From positions 1,861 to 65,860 of the forward strand of contig CAXTCR010000001.1 in the NCBI GenBank assembly GCA_964242555.1: a DNA stretch of 64,000 nucleotides. Direction: 5' to 3'. A program made the position numbers and the translations under genes. A model generated the notes under the pieces. That model saw only the letters and a list, made by a program, of their open reading frames with translations, did not search any database and was not told where the DNA came from. This DNA comes from an uncultured Ktedonobacteraceae bacterium. GTDB lineage: Bacteria; Chloroflexota; Ktedonobacteria; Ktedonobacterales; Ktedonobacteraceae. The stretch's first letter is position 1. Each line of letters starts with the position of its first letter. Below, in pieces: positions 49,033 through 58,043 of the stretch.

Positions 49033-49692
49033 TTAGTTCGTGAAATCCTCTGTCACCCAGACGATGCCTTGTGAGTCGATGACGATACCGATACCTATTT
49101 GATGAAAGGCGGTGCTGAGCAGATTTTTGCGATGCCCGTCATTGGGTGGCTGCTCCTTGAGCATTCCTCCCTCGATGTTTTGCTGCACAGCCGTCCATGC
49201 ATCGGGATACGGTGATGTATAGCCGGCATTTTCACCGCAGGTCATCCACTGAATGCCCTCGTTTGTGATGCGCTGAGCCAGATTTGGTTCGCCCGGACAT
49301 TGATGTGAGAGGCCACAGCCAGGCTGTGTCATAGCCACACTATGCTGGCGTGCGCCATTAGAGAGCGTGGTATTCAGAGTATATGCTGGTAAGCCTTGGG
49401 CAGCACGATCAGCATTAATTTGCGCAAACAGCTTTTGCTCTAGCTGCGCTGTAGGGGATGTAGTACCCCCGTTGCCAGTTGTACCACCTCCACCAGTAGT
49501 CTTGGTCGGGGTGGGCTTGACTTTTGTAGGAGTCTTGGTCGGCGTCGTCTTCGCTATAGGGTGATGCGTCTGCTGAGGCTTTTTGTGTGCTCCTTTGGCC
49601 CAGGTTGAAAGTGGCTGGACAGTAACAAGAGCAAGAGCAATACTAAGCAACAAGAGCATACTCGTTACTATAATGAGAACAGTCCTCTTCAT
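49033..49692 (-). CDS. Secreted CAP/SCP (YkwD-like) domain protein
   Basis: Signal peptide, Thr/Pro/Lys-rich linker and a CAP pattern (INADRAAQGLP, GHRKNLLSTAFHQIGIGIV). Confidence 0.8.
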   Translation of the reverse strand: MKRTVLIIVTSMLLLLSIALALVTVQPLSTWAKGAHKKPQQTHHPIAKTTPTKTPTKVKPTPTKTTGGGGTTGNGGTTSPTAQLEQKLFAQINADRAAQGLPAYTLNTTLSNGARQHSVAMTQPGCGLSHQCPGEPNLAQRITNEGIQWMTCGENAGYTSPYPDAWTAVQQNIEGGMLKEQPPNDGHRKNLLSTAFHQIGIGIVIDSQGIVWVTEDFTN

Positions 49693-49804
49693 AAATAGAT
49701 AGGTCTCCTTCTATAATTTCTCTCAGAGAGGCAGTAGTGCTGTAGCAAAGATAGCACACCTTTCTATCTACTTCGGCATACACCAGCATTTACATAAACC
49801 CAAT

Positions 49805-49844
49805 TGGCTATTTGTGGTTGAGATATCTCAACCACAAATAGCCA
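49805..49844. repeat. 40-nt perfect palindrome
   Basis: tggctatttgtggttgagat|atctcaaccacaaatagcca read directly. It lies between the trxA terminator and the CAP gene start. Confidence 0.6.
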
Positions 49845-49952
49845 TATATAGTGAGATAGTCCCGAATTGTCCGGATGAGGATAGGACACAAGTAGTGCTT
49901 TTTCGCAGGTAGGGAATAGCTTGGGAGCAGGGTAGATAAAGCTTTCGCCTAA

Positions 49953-49996
49953 TAAAAAGCGCCTCCTTCATTAGTTTGTACACTAGTGAAGGAGGC
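49953..49996 (-). terminator. Intrinsic terminator of trxA
   Basis: GCCUCCUUCA / UGAAGGAGGC 10-bp stem followed by GCUUUUUAUU on the - strand. Confidence 0.7.
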
Positions 49997-50017
49997 ATCT
50001 TTTGTATATCACAGACG

Positions 50018-50368
50018 TTACTTGGCGGCAGAATGCTGAGCCAGCACACGGTCGATCTCACCCTTGAGGCGGGTTGGATGAGGACCAACAAGACGACCGA
50101 TAACCTTGCCATCCTGGAAGATCATCAAGGTTGGAATGGCCTGAATACCAAGCTGTCCTGGTGTGTTGTTATGCTCGTCAATATCCATCTTTGCGAACTG
50201 GAGTTTGCCCTGATACTCTTCGCTCAAGCGCTCATAAACGGGAGCAATTGCTCTACAGGGTCCGCACCAAGCAGCCCAGAAATCGACGATTACAGGAGTA
50301 TCGGACTTGAGCACTTTCTGCTCAAAATCGGAGTCGCCAACATGAAACAGGTTTGCGTGTGTAGTCAT
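50018..50368 (-). CDS. trxA: Thioredoxin
   Basis: WCGPC active site (FWAAWCGPCRA). 116 aa from ATG 50368. Confidence 0.9.
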   Translation of the reverse strand: MTTHANLFHVGDSDFEQKVLKSDTPVIVDFWAAWCGPCRAIAPVYERLSEEYQGKLQFAKMDIDEHNNTPGQLGIQAIPTLMIFQDGKVIGRLVGPHPTRLKGEIDRVLAQHSAAK

Positions 50369-50499
50369 AGTATATTTTCTCTCTTTCAAATGCAAGTCGT
50401 GTATCTCGTTTCCTGGTAGCACGTTTGCTAACGCCAAGATATGGTTGCTTCACTAGAGAAAACACGGACTTGCAGTATTCTATTCCATGTCGCCGCGAT

Positions 50500-51279
50500 T
50501 TAGTTGCGACGACTTCCACCCTGTAGAATGGAGAGGATACGCAGAATATAGAGAAACAGGTTGATCAGCGTGATAAAGAGCGAGACGGTCAAGCCAATTG
50601 CATTAGGCAGGGTATCAGCCATATAGCGAGCACGCTGCACATAGTACAGCACATAACCGGAGAAGATGGCGACACCGATAACGGAGATGATTAAGCCACC
50701 AAGACCGGTATTGAAGATTGGGAAAAAGATGCCCAGGATACCAGCAACCAGCAGCAGAATCAGGCCGAAGAAGAGATAGTCGCCTATACGCGTGAAATCG
50801 CGCTTCGTCGTCCACGAATAAGCGGCTAGACCAAACGCGGTCAGTGTTGTAATTAGAAATGCCTCAGCCAGAATGCCGCCACCTCCATTACCAAGGTAGT
50901 AGCTTAAAAGTGGTGCAAGCGACATACCTTCAAGGAACGTGAACAGGTAAAGCAGGAACAGGTTAATGCCGGGTTTCTGGATCAGGAGGTGCAACGCAAA
51001 CAGAACGACAAAACCAGCTATCACTACAGCAAAGTATGTACCAGGGGGGGTAGCAGCGCTAAAGACGAGGAAGCCGACGAACGTGCCTATTGTGGCGAAT
51101 AGGAACGAGAAGGCGAGCAAGCCCATAACCTTACTAATCAGACCACTTGACTGCGTACCCTCATAAGCCGGGGCCAGTGTTTGATACTGGTATCGTGAAC
51201 CGAATGTGTTACCACCAAAGGGACCATTATTTCTTGGTCGATTATATGGATTGTTGTATGGATCGTTATAATTGTACAT
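50500..51279 (-). CDS. Bax inhibitor-1 / YccA family membrane protein
   Basis: 7-TM BI-1 pattern after an Asn/Pro/Tyr-rich N-terminus. ATG 51279 has GAGG 7 nt upstream. Confidence 0.85.
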   Translation of the reverse strand: MYNYNDPYNNPYNRPRNNGPFGGNTFGSRYQYQTLAPAYEGTQSSGLISKVMGLLAFSFLFATIGTFVGFLVFSAATPPGTYFAVVIAGFVVLFALHLLIQKPGINLFLLYLFTFLEGMSLAPLLSYYLGNGGGGILAEAFLITTLTAFGLAAYSWTTKRDFTRIGDYLFFGLILLLVAGILGIFFPIFNTGLGGLIISVIGVAIFSGYVLYYVQRARYMADTLPNAIGLTVSLFITLINLFLYILRILSILQGGSRRN

Positions 51280-51480
51280 GATGAACCTCGATTGCAGAAC
51301 TGTTCGATGACGTGAACGCAGTGCAACATTGAGCAAGCACAGAATCATAAAGTTAACACTTCCATGCTACAATAATTACGCAGTGCGTAGGGAATAAGTT
51401 GCAGTATATTCCATGCACTAGAAGCGTTTTACCGTCTCTCTAAAAGCTATAGATAGGCAATCGAGGTCACGCTTCCTACG

Positions 51481-52233
51481 TTACATCACGCTCCACACGC
51501 CACAAATTTCACAAATAGCAACGCCAATCTCCCCAAATGTTTTGCTTCGCGTATTCCAGCGATCATATTTGATGGCGACTGAGCCACAATTCCAGCAGCG
51601 GGCACGCCCACCTTTTTTGCTTTCCTGGGTCAACATGTCTAATAACTGGCTGCGTGCTTCATCGGCGCCAGTATAGCCGGGATTATAAGAGAGATGCAGC
51701 AAGTTGCCAAGCGGCAAAGTGATTTCATGCGATGGTGGTGGCAGGGGTGGAGCAGCAGTCTGAGTGTGCACTGGTTGTGCTGGTTGGGACGGAGCCTGTG
51801 GGGGACGACGAAATAGCTCACCGCGAGCAGTACGGCGGCCACCTTCGATGAACGTATCTTGACGGTCGCCATTTGCACGCTCTGCTAGAACTCTCTCTGG
51901 TCGATCACTACCTGTTCGCTCCGCAACAATTCTTTCTGGTCGGTCATTCACCGTTCGTTCCTCCACCCCTCTCTCTGGTCGATCACCATTTGAAGCAAAT
52001 GGCGCAGGTGGCTGTGAGGAAGTCTGTATTTCTGTAGGAGACGATTGAGTATTGCTTTCTGGAAGGCTCTCTGCGGGAGTGAAAGAGGGCTGAGCCTGCT
52101 GTTCTGTCTCTACTGGTGTGTTCTGCGCTTGAGCGGAGGTCGCGCCTCCATTTTCAGTTGTTTCAGCACTGACGCTATTGTTATTTTCAGGTTGCTCTGG
52201 TGGATTCGCACGTTTTCTTCGCGTTATTGGCAT
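51481..52233 (-). CDS. Low-complexity protein with DRPER repeats and a C-terminal zinc ribbon (hypothetical)
   Basis: ATG 52233 has GGAG 8 nt upstream. The region is disordered and Gln/Pro/Ser-rich. The C-terminus has CWNCG...(24)...CEICG. Confidence 0.55.
   Translation of the reverse strand: MPITRRKRANPPEQPENNNSVSAETTENGGATSAQAQNTPVETEQQAQPSFTPAESLPESNTQSSPTEIQTSSQPPAPFASNGDRPERGVEERTVNDRPERIVAERTGSDRPERVLAERANGDRQDTFIEGGRRTARGELFRRPPQAPSQPAQPVHTQTAAPPLPPPSHEITLPLGNLLHLSYNPGYTGADEARSQLLDMLTQESKKGGRARCWNCGSVAIKYDRWNTRSKTFGEIGVAICEICGVWSVM
51859..51993. repeat. About 3.5 imperfect tandem copies of a 39-nt unit (13-aa DRPER repeat)
   Basis: Units at 51893-51931 and 51932-51970, plus partial flanking copies, read directly. 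Confidence 0.6.
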
Positions 52234-52411
52234 AGGGGTGCTCCATAGGAAGTAATGTTGACGCTTGACAATTCTCAATACTCTGCGGGAGTCGCGGGTA
52301 GTGCATTGGGAACGAAGAGATGAGACTGAAGTAGTATAGTTCTACGGTGTCGCCCATCTCCAGAGGGATAGGCGCACACCAGGCCAACGTATAAATACAG
52401 TGTTCCGATAC

Positions 52412-52672
52412 TTATTTATTAAAGAAGTCCGCATTTATCTTAATGAAGCTTTTCCACTCTTCGGGAACTGCTGACTCCTCGAAAATAGCGGTTACAGGGC
52501 AAGCAGGCTCACATGCCCCACAGTCGATGCACTCATCAGGATTAATGAAGAGCTGCTCCGCTGTATCAAACCCTTCTTCACCTTGCGATGGATGGATACA
52601 ATCAACGGGACAAACATCTACGCAAGAGGCGTCTTTAACACCGATACAGGGTTGAGTAATCACATATGTCAT
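52412..52672 (-). CDS. 7Fe ferredoxin ([3Fe-4S][4Fe-4S] type)
   Basis: Cys pattern C-x7-C-x3-CP followed by C-x2-C-x2-C-x3-CP. 86 aa from ATG 52672 (GGAGGA upstream). Confidence 0.85.
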   Translation of the reverse strand: MTYVITQPCIGVKDASCVDVCPVDCIHPSQGEEGFDTAEQLFINPDECIDCGACEPACPVTAIFEESAVPEEWKSFIKINADFFNK

Positions 52673-52794
52673 GAACTTGAAATCCTCCTCTAGACTCGCC
52701 AGCAAAAAATCGAGAACAGTTTGTAGAAACTGCTTTTGGCAACTTTAGTATAGAGGGTTGCATGAGCAATGTCAACGCTTGTGGTAAGCAAATT

Positions 52795-52874
52795 GAGAAT
52801 ACATTTCACCGGCGGCATACAAAAAGCACAACAGTTGTTGTGCTTTTTGTATGCCGCCGGTGAAATGTATTCTC
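52795..52874 (-). terminator. Long hairpin 5 nt after the aldehyde dehydrogenase stop (38-bp perfect stem, 4-nt loop)
   Basis: Arms 52795-52832 and 52837-52874 are exact reverse complements; no U tract. Confidence 0.6.
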
Positions 52875-52879
52875 TACTG

Positions 52880-54376
52880 TTACTGTGCATCACCAAAGAT
52901 GGTATAGTGCCAGCCCTTGTTTGGCTCGCCGGATAACTCGATCATGACATGCTTGATCTGCGTGTATTCGTCGAACGAGTACATCGACATATCCTTGCCG
53001 ATACCACTCTCTTTGTAGCCACCATGGGGCATTTCAGAGGTGAGCGGCAGGTGATCGTTGACCCAGACAGTACCAAACTTTAATGCTTTACTTGCACGCA
53101 TGGCCTTGTAGATATCGCGCGTCCAGACGGAGGCGGCAAGACCATAGACGACACCATTAGCCTTTGCGAGCGCCTCTTCCTCGGTCTTGAAGCGGCTCAC
53201 AAGAACGACGGGACCAAAGACCTCGTTTTGGACGATGCCAGCATCGTGGCGCTCCTCCGAAATCACGGTTGGCTCATAGAAAAAGCCTTGCTCAAAGCCC
53301 GAGATAGAAGCTCGTTTGCCTCCAATGAGAATATTCGCGCCTTCACGCAGGGCATGTTCGACGTGAGCCTCGACACTGTTGCGCTGGCGAGCAGAGATCA
53401 TTGGACCCATGTCAGTCGCTTCCTTTGAAGGATCGCCAACGCGAATTTGCTTGACCTTGTTCATGAATGTTTGCAGGAAGGTGTCGTAGATGCTGTCCTG
53501 CACATAGATACGGGTCGCAGCAGTGCAGTCCTGTCCACAGTTGACGTAACCACCGACAACAGCACCACTAGTCGCAGCATCCAGGTCTGCATCGTCGTAC
53601 ACGATAAAGGGAGCCTTACCACCAAGTTCAAGGTGAACGCGCTTGATTGTATCAGCAGCTGCCCGCATAACATACTTACCACTGCGCGTGCTACCTGTGA
53701 TCGAAACCATATTGACATCTCTATGGCTTACAAGGCTGGGTGCAATCTCAGGTCCATCAGTAATGATGTTAAGGACACCAGCAGGAATACCGGCTTCGAG
53801 CGCGAGTTCTCCGAGACGTAGGGCAGTCAGAGGTGTCTCAGGTGATGGCTTAAAGATAACGGTGTTACCAGCGGCAAGGGCAGGCCCAAGCTTCCAAGCT
53901 GCCATCATGAAGGGGTAGTTCCAGGGGGCAACCGAGGCGACCACGCCAACCGGTTCGCGACGAATGATGCTGGTATGCCCACCACTATACTCGCTCGATG
54001 CAGTACCTGCAAGGTGACGAGCCGCGCCCGCGAAGAAGTGCAAGTTATCAGCAGCAAACGGAATATCGCTGTCGCGTGCAAGTTTGATTGGTTTGCCGGT
54101 ATCTTGCGACTCCATCTCTGCAATTTCACCTGCATGCTCTTCAACTAGTGAAGCTAGTTTTTCGAGGATAGCTGCGCGTGCGCCGTGGGTTAAGCCAGTC
54201 CAGCGCCCATCATCAAAAGCAGCGCGCGCTGCTGCTACCGCACGATTCATATCATCCATCGTGCTCTCTGGCACCTCGGCAATTGTCTTGCCTGTCGCGG
54301 GATTGATATCCTCACTCGTTTTGCCTGTGCTACTACCGACGAGTTGTCCGTCAATCAGAAGTTTCAATTCGCTCAC
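52880..54376 (-). CDS. NAD-dependent aldehyde dehydrogenase (aminobutyraldehyde/betaine-aldehyde type)
   Basis: VHLELGGKAP and YVNCGQDCTAATR catalytic motifs. GTG 54376 has AAGGAA about 8 nt upstream. Confidence 0.9.
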   Translation of the reverse strand: MSELKLLIDGQLVGSSTGKTSEDINPATGKTIAEVPESTMDDMNRAVAAARAAFDDGRWTGLTHGARAAILEKLASLVEEHAGEIAEMESQDTGKPIKLARDSDIPFAADNLHFFAGAARHLAGTASSEYSGGHTSIIRREPVGVVASVAPWNYPFMMAAWKLGPALAAGNTVIFKPSPETPLTALRLGELALEAGIPAGVLNIITDGPEIAPSLVSHRDVNMVSITGSTRSGKYVMRAAADTIKRVHLELGGKAPFIVYDDADLDAATSGAVVGGYVNCGQDCTAATRIYVQDSIYDTFLQTFMNKVKQIRVGDPSKEATDMGPMISARQRNSVEAHVEHALREGANILIGGKRASISGFEQGFFYEPTVISEERHDAGIVQNEVFGPVVLVSRFKTEEEALAKANGVVYGLAASVWTRDIYKAMRASKALKFGTVWVNDHLPLTSEMPHGGYKESGIGKDMSMYSFDEYTQIKHVMIELSGEPNKGWHYTIFGDAQ

Positions 54377-54600
54377 TGTCTTTGTTCCTTTCGGATGCTT
54401 CAAAATGCACAACTTCGTGCAACAATAAGCTTTTCTTTTCGATATTCGTATTCTTTTCTTTCTTCGATACGAATACCATTTACAAATATGGCTGGTGCTG
54501 AATCTATCTTACCACATTTGGAAGGGGTATCTTCTTGCTTGTACTGGTGACACAGAGGCACAGATACATGCGTTCGCACACAACGCCGTAAAGAACTAGG

Positions 54601-54664
54601 GTGCTGCAAGGAAAAATACCTCGTTCATGCAAGGGTATGAACGAGGTATTTTTCCTTGCAGCAC
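54601..54664 (-). terminator. Long hairpin after the saccharopine-dehydrogenase-like gene (28-bp perfect stem)
   Basis: Arms 54601-54628 and 54637-54664 are exact reverse complements, 19 nt after the stop at 54683. Confidence 0.6.
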
Positions 54665-54682
54665 TCTAATCACTCATTATTT

Positions 54683-55849
54683 CTATGATAGAACGTGTTG
54701 CTCGCTCTGAACGTGCATGTCATAATGAGCGGCTTCGCGGAAGAAGCTCTCGGTTGGAACGGCAACCTCGGGACCGAAGGCGCCACGTTTGGTGATTTCA
54801 CCGCGTGCAAGCATTCTGCCAGCGATAGCGAGGGGAGTGCCTGTATCAAGTGCACCTGCCCCAATGCCCCAACGTTTATAGGGGCGAACCACGACCTGAT
54901 TCGTGATTTCCAGGCTTTGCCCCTGTGCCTCTCCCTGCGCGACGATACGTAATACATCGCAGTCACGTGGTTCGGTCTCCTCAACGGGTATCATGTCAAG
55001 CAGACGTGCAAGCACTTCGCGTGGCGATACCTGTACACCTTGTACAGCAATTGGTTCGTTACTGCCGAAGCCGAGATCGACAAGAAACTTGAGCTTTGTC
55101 AGGAAGTCGTTCGGAAAGGCGATTTTGAACGAGACGTAGTTGATGCCTTTATCTTTGAACGAGACTGGGAAAGTTGCGCATTCGGAGTGCAACGAATAAA
55201 TGGCAGTGGCGCGTCCAACAGGTACGGGGAAATAGAGTTCTTCCTGGCCAGTTAATGGCTGTTGCGCATGCCACATACCGTTAGTGAAGACTTGTGGTTG
55301 CTTGGTGAATTCGTCTAGGATGGTGCGAATAGAATACGGTGGCACAAGCGGCGCGGTCGATTTCGTCTCATCACCACAGCCAAGCTGTACTTTGATGCTC
55401 TCCACCTTGTCGAGCTTATCGACAGCCATACGTGCCAACAAGTTGGTGATGCCAGGTGTACCGCCCATGCCCAGCAGAGCTGTTATCCCTGCCGCCTCGA
55501 CTTCATCGTTCATTGCTAAGAGCGTGCGTGACATATGGAAGAGGCCACCGAGATCTGCATAGTGAACCTTGTTGCGAATACAGGCTTTTAATACCGGGAC
55601 GTTGTACACATAATCTACCGCGCTTAGTACGACATCGGATCCACGCAACAGTGTGTCCAGACGGTCCTCACGCGTCACGTCGATCTGCTGAACCTGTACT
55701 TTGTTGCTGTTGAGAGAGGTGGCAACCTCATGGGCACGGACTTCGTTGTAGTCGGCAAGGGTGATCTGGTCTACGTCGTCGTATTCCGTCAGTGTACGTA
55801 CGGTAACGCGCCCCATTGCCCCCGCACCACCCAGAACAATAATGTGCAT
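54683..55849 (-). CDS. Saccharopine dehydrogenase family NAD(P)-binding protein
   Basis: MHIIVLGGAGAMGR Rossmann N-terminus. ATG 55849 has GGAG 9 nt upstream. The ORF-track extension merely reads through the palindrome. Confidence 0.8.
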   Translation of the reverse strand: MHIIVLGGAGAMGRVTVRTLTEYDDVDQITLADYNEVRAHEVATSLNSNKVQVQQIDVTREDRLDTLLRGSDVVLSAVDYVYNVPVLKACIRNKVHYADLGGLFHMSRTLLAMNDEVEAAGITALLGMGGTPGITNLLARMAVDKLDKVESIKVQLGCGDETKSTAPLVPPYSIRTILDEFTKQPQVFTNGMWHAQQPLTGQEELYFPVPVGRATAIYSLHSECATFPVSFKDKGINYVSFKIAFPNDFLTKLKFLVDLGFGSNEPIAVQGVQVSPREVLARLLDMIPVEETEPRDCDVLRIVAQGEAQGQSLEITNQVVVRPYKRWGIGAGALDTGTPLAIAGRMLARGEITKRGAFGPEVAVPTESFFREAAHYDMHVQSEQHVLS

Positions 55850-55871
55850 AAAATTTTCTCCAATAGAAATG

Positions 55872-55945
55872 GGCCTAAGAGCGAATAAGGCAATGCTACA
55901 CATCGACATGTCGATGTGTAGCATTGCCTTATTCGCTCTTAGGCC
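55872..55945 (-). terminator. 74-nt perfect palindrome overlapping the aminotransferase stop codon
   Basis: The sequence 55872-55945 equals its own reverse complement (checked base by base). The TAA at 55939-55941 is inside the right arm. Confidence 0.6.
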
Positions 55946-57369
55946 ACTGCTGTATCTGAATCACTTTTAGGTGCATTTGTGAGCGTACTAGCCTCTGTAG
56001 AAACGCTCGGCGTTGACATAGTTGCACGGATTTCCTGCAGCGTGTCCTCGAGACGGTTGAGGATGGTGTCGATCTCTTCGCGCGTGATAACCAGTGGTGG
56101 CTCGACGCGAATAACACGCGAGTTGTTCATCGTGCCAGAGATGAGGACGCCGCGCTTGAACAGACCAGATGAAACGGCGTAACCGATATCATCGTTGATA
56201 AAGTGCTGTCCAATCAGCAAGCCCTTACCAGTGATGTGCGTGTAGATGTCGCTATGACGGGCGGCGATCTCCTTCAACTGCTTGATGAAGTAGTCGCCCT
56301 TTTCGGCGGCTTGCTCAGAAATGCCCTCTTCAAGCGTGACATTGATCGCGGCAATGGCGGCTGCACAGGCAAGTGGATTGCCACCCGTTGTCGAGGTGTG
56401 AATAAACGGGTTGCTATTCATCACGCTCCAGATTTTTGGCGTGGACATGAACGCGCCAATCGGCATGACGCCACCACCAAGAGCCTTCGCGGAACAGATG
56501 ATGTCCGGCGCAACGTCCCAATTGTCCACGCCCCAGAGCTTGCCGGTGCGACCCATGCCGGTCTGCACCTCATCAGCTATAAGAAGAACCTCGTACTCGT
56601 CGCAGATTTGACGCAGGCGCGGCCAGAAGTCGTCGGGCGGCACAATCGCGCCCGCTTCGCCCTGTACCGGCTCCATGACGACGGCGGCGATATCGTTGCC
56701 AACCTCACGCGCGATACGCAGTTGTTGCTCAACGGCGTCGGCATCGCCATAGGGCACGTGAAACACGTTATTGTGCAGTGGCATAGCAGGCTTACGGAAT
56801 ATGGCCTTACCGGTAAGCGCGAGCGAGCCAGTTGTTTTGCCGTGGAAACCACGCACCGAGGCAATAAAGCCACTCTTACGCGTGTAAAGCTTCGCAAGCT
56901 TCATGGCACCTTCAACCGCCTCGGTACCACTACCTACGAAGAAGCTATATTGGATGTCACCGGGAGTAATCTCAGCGAGCAGGTGAGAGAGCATACCACG
57001 CAGAGGATCAAGGAGTTCTTGCGTTGGCAATGGGCTTTTCTCTAACTGTGCTTGCACGGCCCCAACGACCTTTGGATGTGACCAACCGAGGTTGAATACG
57101 CCATATCCGCCGATGCAGTCGATGTATTCGCGGCCCAGTACATCCTTAAAGGTTGCGCCACGGCCTGTCCATTCGACTGCTGCATAGTCGCTTGCTTCCG
57201 CGACTGACTTACGATACTCGATAAAACCGCTATTATAATATTTCGCAAAATTGCTGAGTGTTGTCTCGATCAACCACTCTGACTCGCTCTTGGTCAATTG
57301 TGGTTTGTGGACGATATCGAGGTAACGCTGTGAATCGTTGAGGGCCTTGAGTAATCCATCGGTACTCAT
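55939..57369 (-). CDS. Class-III PLP aminotransferase, putrescine aminotransferase-like
   Basis: The N-terminal region NSGFIEYRKSVAEASDYAAVEW...IDCIGGYGVFNLGWSHP parallels E. coli PatA/YgjG. The PLP-Lys context is ICSAKALGGG. Confidence 0.85.
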   Translation of the reverse strand: MSTDGLLKALNDSQRYLDIVHKPQLTKSESEWLIETTLSNFAKYYNSGFIEYRKSVAEASDYAAVEWTGRGATFKDVLGREYIDCIGGYGVFNLGWSHPKVVGAVQAQLEKSPLPTQELLDPLRGMLSHLLAEITPGDIQYSFFVGSGTEAVEGAMKLAKLYTRKSGFIASVRGFHGKTTGSLALTGKAIFRKPAMPLHNNVFHVPYGDADAVEQQLRIAREVGNDIAAVVMEPVQGEAGAIVPPDDFWPRLRQICDEYEVLLIADEVQTGMGRTGKLWGVDNWDVAPDIICSAKALGGGVMPIGAFMSTPKIWSVMNSNPFIHTSTTGGNPLACAAAIAAINVTLEEGISEQAAEKGDYFIKQLKEIAARHSDIYTHITGKGLLIGQHFINDDIGYAVSSGLFKRGVLISGTMNNSRVIRVEPPLVITREEIDTILNRLEDTLQEIRATMSTPSVSTEASTLTNAPKSDSDTAVA

Positions 57370-57836
57370 AAAAAACCTTTCGGGTAACGCAGCGCCTTGA
57401 CTCCTCCTCTACGCCGGGCTGCGTGCCAGACGAGCAACTTTCGGTCAGACGACCTACACGTTCAGCTTGTAGCAGGAGGAATATTCGCTTATCTCTCTGG
57501 ATAAGCAGAATGGGATAAAAACTCTGGAAGCTTGCTATTGATTACAGTATGCTTGGATGCGAGAATGCTTCAAAAAAACGAAAAAGTGTATGAGCTAAGA
57601 ATGCAAAAACGTTTTCCGCTCAAAAGATGTGAGGACAGGAGAAGCGGAAGGGAAGGACAATCAGGGGTAACAAGTAGATAGGTGAAAGCCACGGAATACG
57701 TAGTATTTCGGTATGTAACGACCTCTTCTTTTTCCTGGCATATCGGCAAGCAATCTCATAAAAACACTCTGCTCTATCATGTTAGGCTTCCATATATACA
57801 GTATAGCTTATGTTATGGAAAGAAGCAAGGGTTGAT

Positions 57837-58040
57837 TTAACGACGCTCCTTCTCAATCAATTGGTCATAAGTAACATCGAGTGCATCCGCTAACGTATCT
57901 AGTGTGTGCACTTTAGAGTCTTGAAAGGGATTCAGGCACAGCTTTCGGATTTGGCTATAAGACACACCTGAAAGTCTGGCTGCATCTCGCATGGTGAGCT
58001 TTTTCTCCACAAGCACTTGTTTGAGTTTCCAACGTACCAT
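57837..58040 (-). CDS. XRE-family HTH transcriptional regulator (67 aa)
   Basis: HTH segment LTMRDAARLSGVSYSQIRKL. It starts 3 nt after the upstream stop. Confidence 0.8.
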   Translation of the reverse strand: MVRWKLKQVLVEKKLTMRDAARLSGVSYSQIRKLCLNPFQDSKVHTLDTLADALDVTYDQLIEKERR

Positions 58041-58043
58041 TGA

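Noticed and set aside
50369-50390. TTGAAA ... TATACT in the shared trxA/nitroreductase block as a -35/-10 promoter for a leaderless mRNA
   Set aside because: The hexamer spacing is only 9 nt (trxA) or 12 nt (nitroreductase), and TATACT abuts the ATG directly. This is incompatible with sigma-70 geometry.
55850-55924. ORF-track N-terminal extension of the saccharopine-dehydrogenase-like gene (MLHIDMSMCSIALFALRP...), and the matching peptide in + ORF 55761-55970
   Set aside because: Both are translations of the 74-nt perfect palindrome. The Rossmann N-terminus MHIIVLGGAG at 55849 has its own GGAG RBS.
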